Assembly (NCBI GenBank): GCA_964057225.1
Contig: CAXKVF010000076.1
Location: forward strand, 745,765 to 809,764
Length of the DNA: 64,000 nt
Source of the DNA: Auanema rhodensis
Taxonomy: Eukaryota; Animalia; Nematoda
Reading direction: 5' to 3'
Shown here: positions 12,601-27,400 of the stretch, one piece after another
Numbering within the stretch: the first letter of the stretch is position 1
How the letters are laid out: each line of letters begins with the position of its first letter
Position numbers and translations under genes: made by a program
The notes under the pieces: generated by a model
Seen by the model: only the letters and a program-made list of their open reading frames with translations
The model's database searches: none
What the model was told of the DNA's origin: nothing

Positions 12601-15600
12601 AGCGAGTTACATACCAAGTGCACATCACGTGTACATTTAATTAGCATAAATTAAAGTTCACGTAAATTTCAAAGTCATGGTTACCATGCACCAATATCAA
12701 TAAAAATTTGTTTTTAGACTAATATGGACATGGGGAATCTAATTTTGAAAACCGCATCTCTTTATCTTTCACGTGAAGCGAGTTACATACCAAGTGCACA
12801 TCACGTGTACATTTAATTAGCATAAATTAAAGTTCACGTAAATTTCAAAGTCATGGTTACCATGAACCAATATCAATAAAAATTTGTTTTTAGACTAATA
12901 TGGACATGGGGAATCTAATTTTGAAAACCGCATCTCTTTATCTTTCACGTGAAGCGAGTTACATACCAAGTGCACATCACGTGTACATTTAATTAGCATA
13001 AATTAAAGTTCACGTAAATTTCAAAGTCATGGTTACCATGAACCAATATCAATAAAAATTTGTTTTTAGACTAATATGGACATGGGGAATCTAATTTTGA
13101 AAACCGCATCTCTTTATCTTTCACGTGAAGCGAGTTACATACCAAGTGCACATCACGTGTACATTTAATTAGCATAAATTAAAGTTCACGTAAATTTCAA
13201 AGTCATGGTTACCATGAACCAATATCAATAAAAATTTGTTTTTAGACTAATATGGACATGGGGAATCTAATTTTGAATACCGCATCTCTTTATCTTTCAC
13301 GTGAAGCGAGTTACATACCAAGTGCACATCACGTGTACATTTAATTAGCATAAATTAAAGTTCACGTAAATTTCAAAGTCATGGTTACCATGAACCAATA
13401 TCAATAAAAATTTGTTTTTAGACTAATATGGACATGGGGAATCTAATTTTGAAAACCGCATCTCTTTATCTTTCACGTGAAGCGAGTTACATACCAAGTG
13501 CACATCACGTGTACATTTAATTAGCATAAATTAAAGTTCACGTAAATTTCAAAGTCATGGTTACCATGAACCAATATCAATAAAAATTTGTTTTTAGACT
13601 AATATGGACATGGGAATCTAATTTTGAAAACCGCATCTCTTTATCTTTCACGTGAAGCGAGTTACATACCAAGTGCACATCACGTGTACATTTAATTAGC
13701 ATAAATTAAAGTTCACGTAAATTTCAAAGTCATGGTTACCATGAACCAATATCAATAAAAATTTGTTTTTAGACTAATATGGACATGGGGAATCTAATTT
13801 TGAAAACCGCATCTCTTTATCTTTCACGTGAAGCGAGTTACATACCAAGTGCACATCACGTGTACATTTAATTAGCATAAATTAAAGTTCACGTAAATTT
13901 CAAAGTCATGGTTACCATGAACCAATATCAATAAAAATTTGTTTTTAGACTAATATGGACATGGGGAATCTAATTTTGAAAACCGCATCTCTTTATCTTT
14001 CACGTGAAGCGAGTTACATACCAAGTGCACATCACGTGTACATTTAATTAGCATAAATTAAAGTTCACGTAAATTTCAAAGTCATGGTTACCATGAACCA
14101 ATATCAATAAAAATTTGTTTTTAGACTAATATGGACATGGGGAATCTAATTTTGAAAACCGCATCTCTTTATCTTTCACGTGAAGCGAGTTACATACCAA
14201 GTGCACATCACGTGTACATTTAATTAGCATAAATTAAAGTTCACGTAAATTTCAAAGTCATGGTTACCATGAACCAATATCAATAAAAATTTGTTTTTAG
14301 ACTAATATGGACATGGGGAATCTAATTTTGAAAAGCGCATCTCTTTATCTTTCACGTGAAGCGAGTTACATACCAAGTGCACATCACGTGTACATTTAAT
14401 TAGCATAAATTAAAGTTCACGTAAATTTCAAAGTCATGGTTACCATGCACCAATATCAATAAAAATTTGTTTTTAGACTAATATGGACATGGGGAATCTA
14501 ATTTTGAAAACCGCATCTCTTTATCTTTCACGTGAAGCGAGTTACATACCAAGTGCACATCACGTGTACATTTAATTAGCATAAATTAAAGTTCACGTAA
14601 ATTTCAAAGTCATGGTTACCATGAACCAATATCAATAAAAATTTGTTTTTAGACTAATATGGACATGGGGAATCTAATTTTGAAAACCGCATCTCTTTAT
14701 CTTTCACGTGAAGCGAGTTACATACCAAGTGCACATCACGTGTACATTTAATTAGCATAAATTAAAGTTCACGTAAATTTCAAAGTCATGGTTACCATGA
14801 ACCAATATCAATAAAAATTTGTTTTTAGACTAATATGGACATGGGGAATCTAATTTTGAAAACCGCATCTCTTTATCTTTCACGTGAAGCGAGTTACATA
14901 CCAAGTGCACATCACGTGTACATTTAATTAGCATAAATTAAAGTTCACGTAAATTTCAAAGTCATGGTTACCATGAACCAATATCAATAAAAATTTGTTT
15001 TTAGACTAATATGGACATGGGGAATCTAATTTTGAAAACCGCATCTCTTTATCTTTCACGTGAAGCGAGTTACATACCAAGTGCACATCACGTGTACATT
15101 TAATTAGCATAAATTAAAGTTCACGTAAATTTCAAAGTCATGGTTACCATGAAGCAATATCAATAAAAATTTGTTTTTAGACTAATATGGACATGGGGAA
15201 TCTAATTTTTAAAACCGCATCTCTTTATCTTTCACGTGAAGCGAGTTACATACCAAGTGCACATCACGTGTACATTTAATTAGCATAAATTAAAGTTCAC
15301 GTAAATTTCAAAGTCATGGTTACCATGAAGCAATATCAATAAAAATTTGTTTTTAGACTAATATGGACATGGGGAATCTAATTTTGAAAACCGCATCTCT
15401 TTATCTTTCACGTGAAGCGAGTTACATACCAAGTGCACATCACGTGTACATTTAATTAGCATAAATTAAAGTTCACGTAAATTTCAAAGTCATGGTTACC
15501 ATGAACCAATATCAATAAAAATTTGTTTTTAGACTAATATGGACATGGGGAATCTAATTTTGAAAACCGCATCTCTTTATCTTTCACGTGAAGCGAGTTA

Positions 15601-17949
15601 CATACCAAGTGCTAATCACGTGTACATTTAATTAGCATAAATTAAAGTTCACGTAAATTTCAAAGTCATGGTTACCATGCACCAATATCAATAAAAATTT
15701 GTTTTTAGACTAATATGGACATGGGGAATCTAATTTTGAAAACCGCATCTCTTTATCTTTCACGTGAAGCGAGTTACATACCAAGTGCACATCACGTGTA
15801 CATTTAATTAGCATAAATTAAAGTTCACGTAAATTTCAAAGTCATGGTTACCATGAACCAATATCAATAAAAATTTGTTTTTAGACTAATATGGACATGG
15901 GGAATCTAATTTTGAAAACCGCATCTCTTTATCTTTCACGTGAAGCGAGTTACATACCAAGTGCACATCACGTGTACATTTAATTAGCATAAATTAAAGT
16001 TCACGTAAATTTCAAAGTCATGGTTACCATGAACCAATATCAATAAAAATTTGTTTTTAGACTAATATGGACATGGGGAATCTAATTTTGAAAACCGCAT
16101 CTCTTTATCTTTCACGTGAAGCGAGTTACATACCAAGTGCACATCACGTGTACATTTAATTAGCATAAATTAAAGTTCACGTAAATTTCAAAGTCATGGT
16201 TACCATGAACCAATATCAATAAAAATTTGTTTTTAGACTAATATGGACATGGGGAATCTAATTTTGAAAACCGCATCTCTTTATCTTTCACGTGAAGCGA
16301 GTTACATACCAAGTGCACATCACGTGTACATTTAATTAGCATAAATTAAAGTTCACGTAAATTTCAAAGTCATGGTTACCATGCACCAATATCAATAAAA
16401 ATTTGTTTTTAGACTAATATGGACATGGGGAATCTAATTTTGAAAACCGCATCTCTTTATCTTTCACGTGAAGCGAGTTACATACCAAGTGCACATCACG
16501 TGTACATTTAATTAGCATAAATTAAAGTTCACGTAAATTTCAAAGTCATGGTTACCATGAACCAATATCAATAAAAATTTGTTTTTAGACTAATATGGAC
16601 ATGGGGAATCTAATTTTGAAAACCGCATCTCTTTATCTTTCACGTGAAGCGAGTTACATACCAAGTGCACATCACGTGTACATTTAATTAGCATAAATTA
16701 AAGTTCACGTAAATTTCAAAGTCATGGTTACCATGAACCAATATCAATAAAAATTTGTTTTTAGACTAATATGGACATGGGGAATCTAATTTTGAAAAAC
16801 CGCATCTCTTTATCTTTCACGTGAAGCGAGTTACATACCAAGTGCACATCACGTGTACATTTAATTAGCATAAATTAAAGATCACGTAAACTTCAAAGTC
16901 ATGGTTACCATGAAGCAATATCAATAAAAATTTGTTTTTAGACTAATATGGACATGGGGAATCTAATTTTGAAAACCGCATCTCTTTATCTTTCACGTGA
17001 AGCGAGTTACATACCAAGTGCACATCACGTGTACATTTAATTAGCATAAATTAAAGTTCACGTAAATTTCAAAGTCATGGTTACCATGAAGCAATATCAA
17101 TAAAATTTGTTTTTAGTCTAATATGGACATGGGGAATCTAATTTGAAAACCGCATCTCTTTATCTTTCACGTGAAGCGAGTTACATACCAAGTGCACATC
17201 ACGTGTACATTTAATTAGCATAAATTAAAGTTCACGTAAATTTCAAAGTCATGGTTACCATGAACCAATATCAATAAAAATTTGTTTTTAGACTAATATG
17301 GACATGGGGAATCTAATTTTGAAAACCGCATCTCTTTATCTTTCACGTGAAGCGAGTTACATACCAAGTGCACATCACGTGTACATTTAATTAGCATAAA
17401 TTAAAGTTCACGTAAATTTCAAAGTCATGGTTACCATGAACCAATATCAATAAAAATTTGTTTTTAGACTAATATGGACATGGGGAATCTAATTTTGAAA
17501 ACCGCATCTCTTTATCTTTCACGTGAAGCGAGTTACATACCAAGTGCACATCACGTGTACATTTAATTAGCATAAATTAAAGTTCACGTAAACTTCAAAG
17601 TCATGGTTACCATGAAGCAATATCAATAAAAATTTGTTTTTAGACTAATATGGACATGGGGAATCTAATTTTGAAAACCGCATCTCTTTATCTTTCACGT
17701 GAAGCGAGTTACATACCAAGTGCACATCACGTGTACATTTAATTAGCATAAATTAAAGTTCACGTAAATTTCAAAGTCATGGTTACCATGAAGCAATATC
17801 AATAAAATTTGTTTTTAGACTAATATGGACATGGGAATCTAATTTTGAAAACCGCATCTCTTTATCTTTCACGTGAAGCGAGTTACATACCAAGTGCACA
17901 TCACGTGTACATTTAATTAGCATAAATTAAAGTTCACGTAAATTTCAAA

Positions 17950-20900
17950 GTCATGGTTACCATGCACCAATATCAATAAAAATTTGTTTTTAGACTAATA
18001 TGGACATGGGGAATCTAATTTTGAAAACCGCATCTCTTTATCTTTCACGTGAAGCGAGTTACATACCAAGTGCACATCACGTGTACATTTAATTAGCATA
18101 AATTAAAGTTCACGTAAATTTCAAAGTCATGGTACCATGAACCAATATCAATAAAAATTTGTTTTTAGACTAATATGGACATGGGGAATCTAATTTGAAA
18201 ACCGCATCTCTTTATCTTCACGTGAAGCGAGTTACATACCAAGTGCACATCACGTGTACATTTAATTAGCATAAATTAAAGTTCACGTAAACTTTCAAAG
18301 TCATGGTTACCATGAAGCAATATCAATAAAAATTTGTTTTTAGACTAATATGGACATGGGGAATCTAATTTGAAAACCGCATCTCTTTATCTTTCACGTG
18401 AAGCGAGTTACATACCAAGTGCACATCACGTGTACATTTAATTAGCATAAATTAAAGTTCACGTAAATTTCAAAGTCATGGTTACCATGAAGCAATATCA
18501 ATAAAAATTTGTTTTTAGACTAATATGGACATGGGGAATCTAATTTGAAAACCGCATCTCTTTATCTTTCACGTGAAGCGAGTTACATACCAAGTGCACA
18601 ATCACGTGTACATTTAATTAGCATAAATTAAAGTTCACGTAAATTTCAAAGTCATGGTTACCATGCACCAATATCAATAAAAATTTGTTTTTAGACTAAT
18701 ATGGACATGGGGAATCTAATTTTGAAAACCGCATCTCTTTATCTTTCACGTGAAGCGAGGTACATACCAAGTGCACATCACGTGTACATTTAATTAGCAT
18801 AAATTAAAGTTCACGTAAATTTCAAAGTCATGGTTACCATGAACCAATATCAATAAAAATTTGTTTTTAGACTAATATGGACATGGGGAATCTAATTTTA
18901 AAACCGCATCTCTTTATCTTTCACGTGAAGCGAGTTACATACCAAGTGCACATCACGTGTACATTTAATTAGCATAAATTAAAGTTCACGTAAATTTCAA
19001 AGTCATGGTTACCATGAACCAATATCAATAAAAATTTGTTTTTAGACTAATATGGACATGGGGAATCTAATTTTGAAAACCGCATCTCTTTATCTTTCAC
19101 GTGAAGCGAGTTACATACCAAGTGCACATCCACGTGTACATTTAATTAGCATAAATTAAAGTTCACGTAAATTTCAAAGTCATGGTTACCATGAACCAAT
19201 ATCAATAAAAATTTGTTTTTAGACTAATATGGACATTGGGAATCTAATTTTGAAAACCGCATCTCTTTATCTTTCACGTGAAGCGAGTTACATACCAAGT
19301 GCACATCACGTGTACATTTAATTAGCATAAATTAAAGTTCACGTAAATTTCAAAGTCATGGTTACCATGAACCAATATCGATAAAAATTTGTTTTTAGAC
19401 TAATATGGACATGGGGAATCTAATTTTGAAAACCGCATCTCTTTATCTTTCACGTGAAGCGAGTTACATACCAAGTGCACATCACGTGTACATTTAATTA
19501 GCATAAATTAAAGTTCACGTAAATTTCAAAGTCATGGTTACCATGAACCAATATCAATAAAAATTTGTTTTTAGACTAATATGGACATGGGGAATCAAAT
19601 TTGAAAACCGCATCTCTTTATCTTTCACGTGAAGCGAGTTACATACCAAGTGCACATCACGTGTACATTTAATTAGCATAAATTAAAGTTCACGTAAATT
19701 TCAAAGTCATGGTTACCATGAACCAATATCAATAAAAATTTGTTTTTAGACTAATATGGACATGGGGAATCTAATTTTGAAAACCGCATCTCTTTATCTT
19801 TCACGTGAAGCGAGTTACATACCAAGTGCACATCACGTGTACATTTAATTAGCATAAATTAAAGTTCACGTAAATTTCAAAGTCATGGTTACCATGAAGC
19901 AATATCAATAAAAATTTGTTTTAGACTAATATGGACATGGGGAATCTAATTTTGAAAACCGCATCTCTTTATCTTTCACGTGAAGCGAGTTACATACCAA
20001 GTGCACATCACGTGTACATTTAATTAGCATAAATTAAAGTTCACGTAAATTTCAAAGTCATGGTTACCATGAACCAATATCAATAAAAATTTGTTTTTAG
20101 ACTAATATGGACATGGGGAATCTAATTTTGAAAACCGCATCTCTTTATCTTTCACGTGAAGCGAGTTACATACAAGTGCACATCACGTGTACATTTAATT
20201 AGCATAAATTAAAGTTCACGTAAAATTCAAAGTCATGGTTACCATGCACCAATATCATAAAAATTTGTTTTTAGACTAATATGGACATGGGGAATCTAAT
20301 TTTGAAAACCGCATCTCTTTATCTTTCACGTGAAGCGAGTTACATACCAAGTGCACATCACGTGTACATTTAATTAGCATAAATTAAAGTTCACGTAAAT
20401 TTCAAAGTCATGGTTACCATGAACCAATATCAATAAAAATTTGTTTTTAGACTAATATGGACATGGGGAATCTAATTTTGAAAACCGCATCTCTTTATCT
20501 TTCACGTGAAGCGAGTTACATACCAAGTGCACATCACGTGTACATTTAATTAGCATAAATTAAAGTTCACGTAAATTTCAAAGTCATGGTTACCATGAAG
20601 CAATATCAATAAAAATTTGTTTTTAGACTAATATGGACATGGGGAATCTAATTTTGAAAACCGCATCTCTTTATCTTTCACGTGAAGCGAGTTACATACC
20701 AAGTGCACATCACGTGTACATTTAATTAGCATAAATTAAAAGTTCACGTAAATTTCAAAGTCATGGTTACCATGAAACCAATATCAATAAAAATTTGGTT
20801 TTAGGACTAATATGGACATGGGGAATCTAATTTTGAAAACCGCATCACTTTATCTTTCACGTGAAGCGAGTTACATACCAAGTGCACATCACGTGTACAT

Positions 20901-23900
20901 TTAATTAGCATAAATTAAAGTTCACGTAAATTTCAAAGTCATGGTTACCATGCACCAATATCAATAAAAATTTGTTTTCAGACTAATATGGACATGGGGA
21001 ATCTAATTTTGAAAACCGCATCTCTTTATCTTTCACGTGAAGCCGAGTTACATACCAAGTGCACATCACGTGTACATTTAATTAGCATAAATTAAAAGTT
21101 CACGTAAATTTCAAAGTCATGGTTACCATGCACCAATATCAATAAAAATTTGTTTTTAGACTAATATGGACATGGGGAATCTAATTTTGAAAACCGCATC
21201 TCTTTATCTTTCACGTGAAGCGAGTTACATACCAAGTGCACATCACGTGTACATTTAATTAGCATAAATTAAAGTTCACGTAAATTTCAAAGTCATGGTT
21301 ACCATGAAGCAATATCAATAAAAATTTGTTTTTAGACTAATATGGACATGGGGAATCTAATTTTGAAAACCGCATCTCTTTATCTTTCACGTGAAGCGAG
21401 TTACATACCAAGTGCACATCACGTGTACATTTAATTAGCAAAAATTAAAGTTCACGTAAATTTCAAAGTCATGGTTACCATGAAGCAATATCAATAAAAT
21501 ATGTTTTTAAGACTAATATGGACATGGGGAATCTAATTTTGAAAACCGCATCTCTTTATCTTTCACGTGAAGCGAGTTACATACCCATACCAAGTGCACA
21601 TCACGTGTACATTTAATTAGCATAAATTAAAGTTCACGTAAATTTCAAAGTCATGGTTACCATGCACCAATATCAATAAAAATTTGTTTTTAGACTAATA
21701 TGGACATGGGGAATCTAATTTTGAAAACCGCATCTCTTTATCTTTCACGTGAAGCGAGTTACATACCAAGTGCACATCACGTGTACATTTAATTAGCATA
21801 AATTAAAGTTCACGTAAATTTCAAAGTCATGGTTACCATGAACCAATATCAATAAAAATTTGTTTTTAGACTAATATGGACATGGGGAATCTAATTTTGA
21901 AAACCGCATCTCTTTATCTTTCACGTGAAGCGAGTTACATACCAAGTGCACATCACGTGTACATTTAATTAGCATAAATTAAAGTTCACGTAAACTTCAA
22001 AGTCATGGTTACCATGAAGCAATATCAATAAAAATTTGTTTTTAGACTAATATGGACATGGGGAATCTAATTTTGAAAACCGCATCTCTTTATCTTTCAC
22101 GTGAAGCGAGTTACATACCAAGTGCACATCACGTGTACATTTAATTAGCATAAATTAAAGTTCACGTAAATTTCAAAGTCATGGTTACCATGAAGCAATA
22201 TCAATAAAAATTTGTTTTTAGACTAATATGGACATGGGGAATCTAATTTTGAAAACCGCATCTCTTTATCTTTCACGTGAAGCGAGTTACATACCAAGTG
22301 CACATCACGTGTACATTTAATTAGCATAAATTAAAGTTCACGTAAATTTCAAAGTCATGGTTACCATGCACCAATATCAATAAAAATTTGTTTTTAGACT
22401 AATATGGACATGGGGAATCTAATTTTGAAAACCGCATCTCTTTATCTTTCACGTGAAGCGAGTTACATACCAAGTGCACATCACGTGTACATTTAATTAG
22501 CATAAATTAAAGTTCACGTAAATTTCAAAGTCATGGTTACCATGAACCAATATCAATAAAAATTTGTTTTTAGACTAATATGGACATGGGGAATCTAATT
22601 TTAAAAACCGCATCTCTTTATCTTTCACGTGAAGCGAGTTACATACCAAGTGCACATCACGTGTACATTTAATTAGCATAAATTAAAGTTCACGTAAATT
22701 TCAAAGTCATGGTTACCATGAACCAATATCAATAAAAATTTGTTTTTAGACTAATATGGACATGGGGAATCTAATTTTGAAAACCGCATCTCTTTATCTT
22801 TCACGTGAAGCGAGTTACATACCAAGTGCACATCACGTGTACATTTAATTAGCATAAATTAAAGTTCACGTAAATTTCAAAGTCATGGTTACCATGAACC
22901 AATATCAATAAAAATTTGTTTTTAGACTAATATGGACATGGGGAATCTAATTTTGAAAACCGCATCTCTTTATCTTTCACGTGAAGCGAGTTACATACCA
23001 AGTGCACATCACGTGTACATTTAATTAGCATAAATTAAAGTTCACGTAAATTTCAAAGTCATGGTTACCATGAACCAATATCGATAAAAATTTGTTTTTA
23101 GACTAATATGGACATGGGGAATCTAATTTTGAAAACCGCATCTCTTTATCTTTCACGTGAAGCGAGTTACATACCAAGTGCACATCACGTGTACATTTAA
23201 TTAGCATAAATTAAAGTTCACGTAAATTTCAAAGTCATGGTTACCATGAACCAATATCAATAAAAATTTGTTTTTAGACTAATATGGACATGGGGAATCA
23301 AATTTTGAAAACCGCATCTCTTTATCTTTCACGTGAAGCGAGTTACATACCAAGTGCACATCACGTGTACATTTAATTAGCATAAATTAAAGTTCACGTA
23401 AATTTCAAAGTCATGGTTACCATGAACCAATATCAATAAAAATTTGTTTTTAGACTAATATGGACATGGGGAATCTAATTTTGAAAACCGCATCTCTTTA
23501 TCTTTCACGTGAAGCGAGTTACATACCAAGTGCACATCACGTGTACATTTAATTAGCATAAATTAAAGTTCACGTAAATTTCAAAGTCATGGTTACCATG
23601 AAGCAATATCAATAAAAATTTGTTTTTAGACTAATATGGACATGGGGAATCTAATTTTGAAAACCGCATCTCTTTATCTTTCACGTGAAGCGAGTTACAT
23701 ACCAAGTGCACATCACGTGTACATTTAATTAGCATAAATTAAAGTTCACGTAAATTTCAAAGTCATGGTTACCATGAACCAATATCAATAAAAATTTGTT
23801 TTTAGACTAATATGGACATGGGGAATCTAATTTTGAAAACCGCATCTCTTTATCTTTCACGTGAAGCGAGTTACATACCAAGTGCACATCACGTGTACAT

Positions 23901-24480
23901 TTAATTAGCATAAATTAAAGTTCACGTAAAATTCAAAGTCATGGTTACCATGCACCAATATCAATAAAAATTTGTTTTTAGACTAATATGGACATGGGGA
24001 ATCTAATTTTGAAAACCGCATCTCTTTATCTTTCACGTGAAGCGAGTTACATACCAAGTGCACATCACGTGTACATTTAATTAGCATAAATTAAAGTTCA
24101 CGTAAATTTCAAAGTCATGGTTACCATGAACCAATATCAATAAAAATTTGTTTTTAGACTAATATGGACATGGGGAATCTAATTTTGAAAACCGCATCTC
24201 TTTATCTTTCACGTGAAGCGAGTTACATACCAAGTGCACATCACGTGTACATTTAATTAGCATAAATTAAAGTTCACGTAAATTTCAAAGTCATGGTTAC
24301 CATGAAGCAATATCAATAAAAATTTGTTTTTAGACTAATATGGACATGGGGAATCTAATTTTGAAAACCGCATCTCTTTATCTTTCACGTGAAGCGAGTT
24401 ACATACCAAGTGCACATCACGTGTACATTTAATTAGCATAAATTAAAGTTCACGTAAATTTCAAAGTCATGGTTACCATG
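17950..24480 (-). repeat. ~21-monomer (~3.7-kb period) higher-order duplication
   Basis: Rare variants repeat in order at about 3.70-kb offset: AAACTT 18292/21996, TTTAAAA 18900/22603, ATCGAT 19380/23083, AATCAAA 19597/23300, TAAAATTC 20225/23931. Confidence 0.85.
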
Positions 24481-27400
24481 AACCAATATCAATAAAAATT
24501 TGTTTTTAGACTAATATGGACATGGGGAATCTAATTTTGAAAACCGCATCTCTTTATCTTTCACGTGAAGCGAGTTACATACCAAGTGCACATCACGTGT
24601 ACATTTAATTTGCATAAATTAAAGTTCACGTAAAATTCAAAGTCATGGTTACCATGCACCAATATCAATAAAAATTTGTTTTTAGACTAATATGGACATG
24701 GGGAATCTAATTTTGAAAACCGCATCTCTTTATCTTTCACGTGAAGCGAGTTACATACCAAGTGCACATCACGTGTACATTTAATTAGCATAAATTAAAG
24801 TTCACGTAAATTTCAAAGTCATGGTTACCATGAACCAATATCAATAAAAATTTGTTTTTAGACTAATATGGACATGGGGAATCTAATTTTGAAAACCGCA
24901 TCTCTTTATCTTTCACGTGAAGCGAGTTACATACCAAGTGCACATCACGTGTACATTTAATTAGCATAAATTAAAGTTCACGTAAAATTCAAAGTCATGG
25001 TTACCATGCACCAATATCAATAAAAGTTTGTTTTTAGACTAATATGGACATAGGGAATCTAATTTTGAAAACCGCATCTCTTTATCTTTCACGTGAAGCG
25101 AGTTACATACCAAATGCACATCACGTGTACATTTAATTAGCATAAATTAAAGTTCACGTAAATTTCAAAGTCATGGTTACCATGAACCAATATCAATAAA
25201 AATTTGTTTTTAGACTAATATGGACATGGGGAATCTAATTTTGAAAACCGCATCTCTTTATCTTTCACGTGAAGCGAGTTACATACCAAGTGCACATCAC
25301 GTGTACATTTAATTAGCATAAATTAAAGTTCACGTAAATTTCAAAGTCATGGTTACCATGAAGCAATATCAATAAAAATTTGTTTTTAGACTAATATGGA
25401 CATGGGGAATCTAATTTTGAAAACCGCATCTCTTTATCTTTCACGTGAAGCGAGTTACATACCAAGTGCACATCACGTGTACATTTTATTAGCATAAATT
25501 AAAGTTCACGTAAATTTCAAAGTCATGGTTACCATGAACCAATATCAATAAAAATTTGTTTTTAGACTAATATGGACATGGGGAATCTAATTTTGAAAAC
25601 CGCATCTCTTTATCTTTCACGTGAAGCGAGTTACATACCAAGTGCACATCACGTGTACATTTAATTAGCATAAATTAAAGTTCACGTAAATTTCAAAGTC
25701 ATGGTTACCATGAAGCAATATCAATAAAAATTTGTTTTTAGACTAATATGGACATGGGGAATCTAATTTTGAAAACCGCATCTCTTTATCTTTCACGTGA
25801 AGCGAGTTACATACCAAGTGCACATCACGTGTACATTTAATTAGCATAAATTAAAGTTCACGTAAATTTCAAAGTCATGGTTACCATGAAGCAATATCAA
25901 TAAAAATTTGTTTTTAGACTAATATGGACATGGGGAATCTAATTTTGAAAACCGCATCTCTTTATCTTTCACGTGAAGCGAGTTACATACCAAGTGCACA
26001 TCACGTGTACATTTAATTAGCATAAATTAAAGTTCACGTAAATTTCAAAGTCATGGTTACCATGAAGCAATATCAATAAAAATTTGTTTTTAGACTAATA
26101 TGGACATGGGGAATCTAATTTTGAAAACCGCATCTCTTTATCTTTCACGTGAAGCGAGTTACATACCAAGTGCACATCACGTGTACATTTAATTAGCATG
26201 AATTAAAGTTCACGTAAATTTCAAAGTCATGGTTACCATGAAGCAATATCAATAAAAATTTGTTTTTAGACTAATATGGACATGGGGAATCTAATTTTGA
26301 AAACCGCATCTCTTTATCTTTTAAGTGAAGCGAGTTACATACCAAGTGCACATCACGTGTACATTTAATTAGCATGAATTAAAGTTCACGTAAATTTCAA
26401 AGTCATGGTTACCATGCACCAATATCAATAAAAATTTGTTTTTAGACTAATATGGACATGGGGAATCTAATTTTGAAAACCGCAGCTCTTTATCTTTCAC
26501 GTGAAGCGAGTTACATACCAAGTGCACATCACGTGTACATTTAATTAGCATAAATTAAAGTTCACGTAAATTTTGTTTTTAGACTAATATGGACATGGGG
26601 AATCTAATTTTGAAAACCGCATCTCTTTATCTTTCACGTGAAGCGAGTTACATACCAAGTGCACATCACGTGTACATTTAATTAGCATAAATTAAAGTTC
26701 ACGTAAATTTCAAAGTCATGGTTACCATGCACCAATATCAATAAAAATTTGTTTTTAGACTAATATGGACATGGGGAATCTAATTTTGAAAACCGCATCT
26801 CTTTATCTTTCACGTGAAGCGAGTTACATACCAAGTGCACATCACGTGTACATTTAATTAGCATAAATTAAAGTTCACGTAAATTTCAAAGTCATGGTTA
26901 CCATGAAGCAATATCAATAAAAATTTGTTTTTAGACTAATATGGACATGGGGAATCTAATTTTGAAAACCGCATCTCTTTATCTTTCACGTGAAGCGAGT
27001 TACATACCAAGTGCAAATCACGTGTACATTTAATTAGCATGAATTAAAGTTCACGTAAATTTCAAAGTCATGGTTACCATGCACCAATATCAATAAAAAT
27101 TTGTTTTTAGACTAATATGGACATGGGGAATCTAATTTTGAAAACCGCATCTCTTTATCTTTCACGTGAAGCGAGTTACATACCAAGTGCACATCACGTG
27201 TACATTTAATTAGCATAAATTAAAGTTCACGTAAATTTCAAAGTCATGGTTACCATGAAGCAATATCAATAAAAATTTGTTTTTAGACTAATATGGACAT
27301 GGGGAATCTAATTTTGAAAACCGCATCTCTTTATCTTTCACGTGAAGCGAGTTACATACCAAGTGCACATCACGTGTACATTTAATTAGCATAAATTAAA

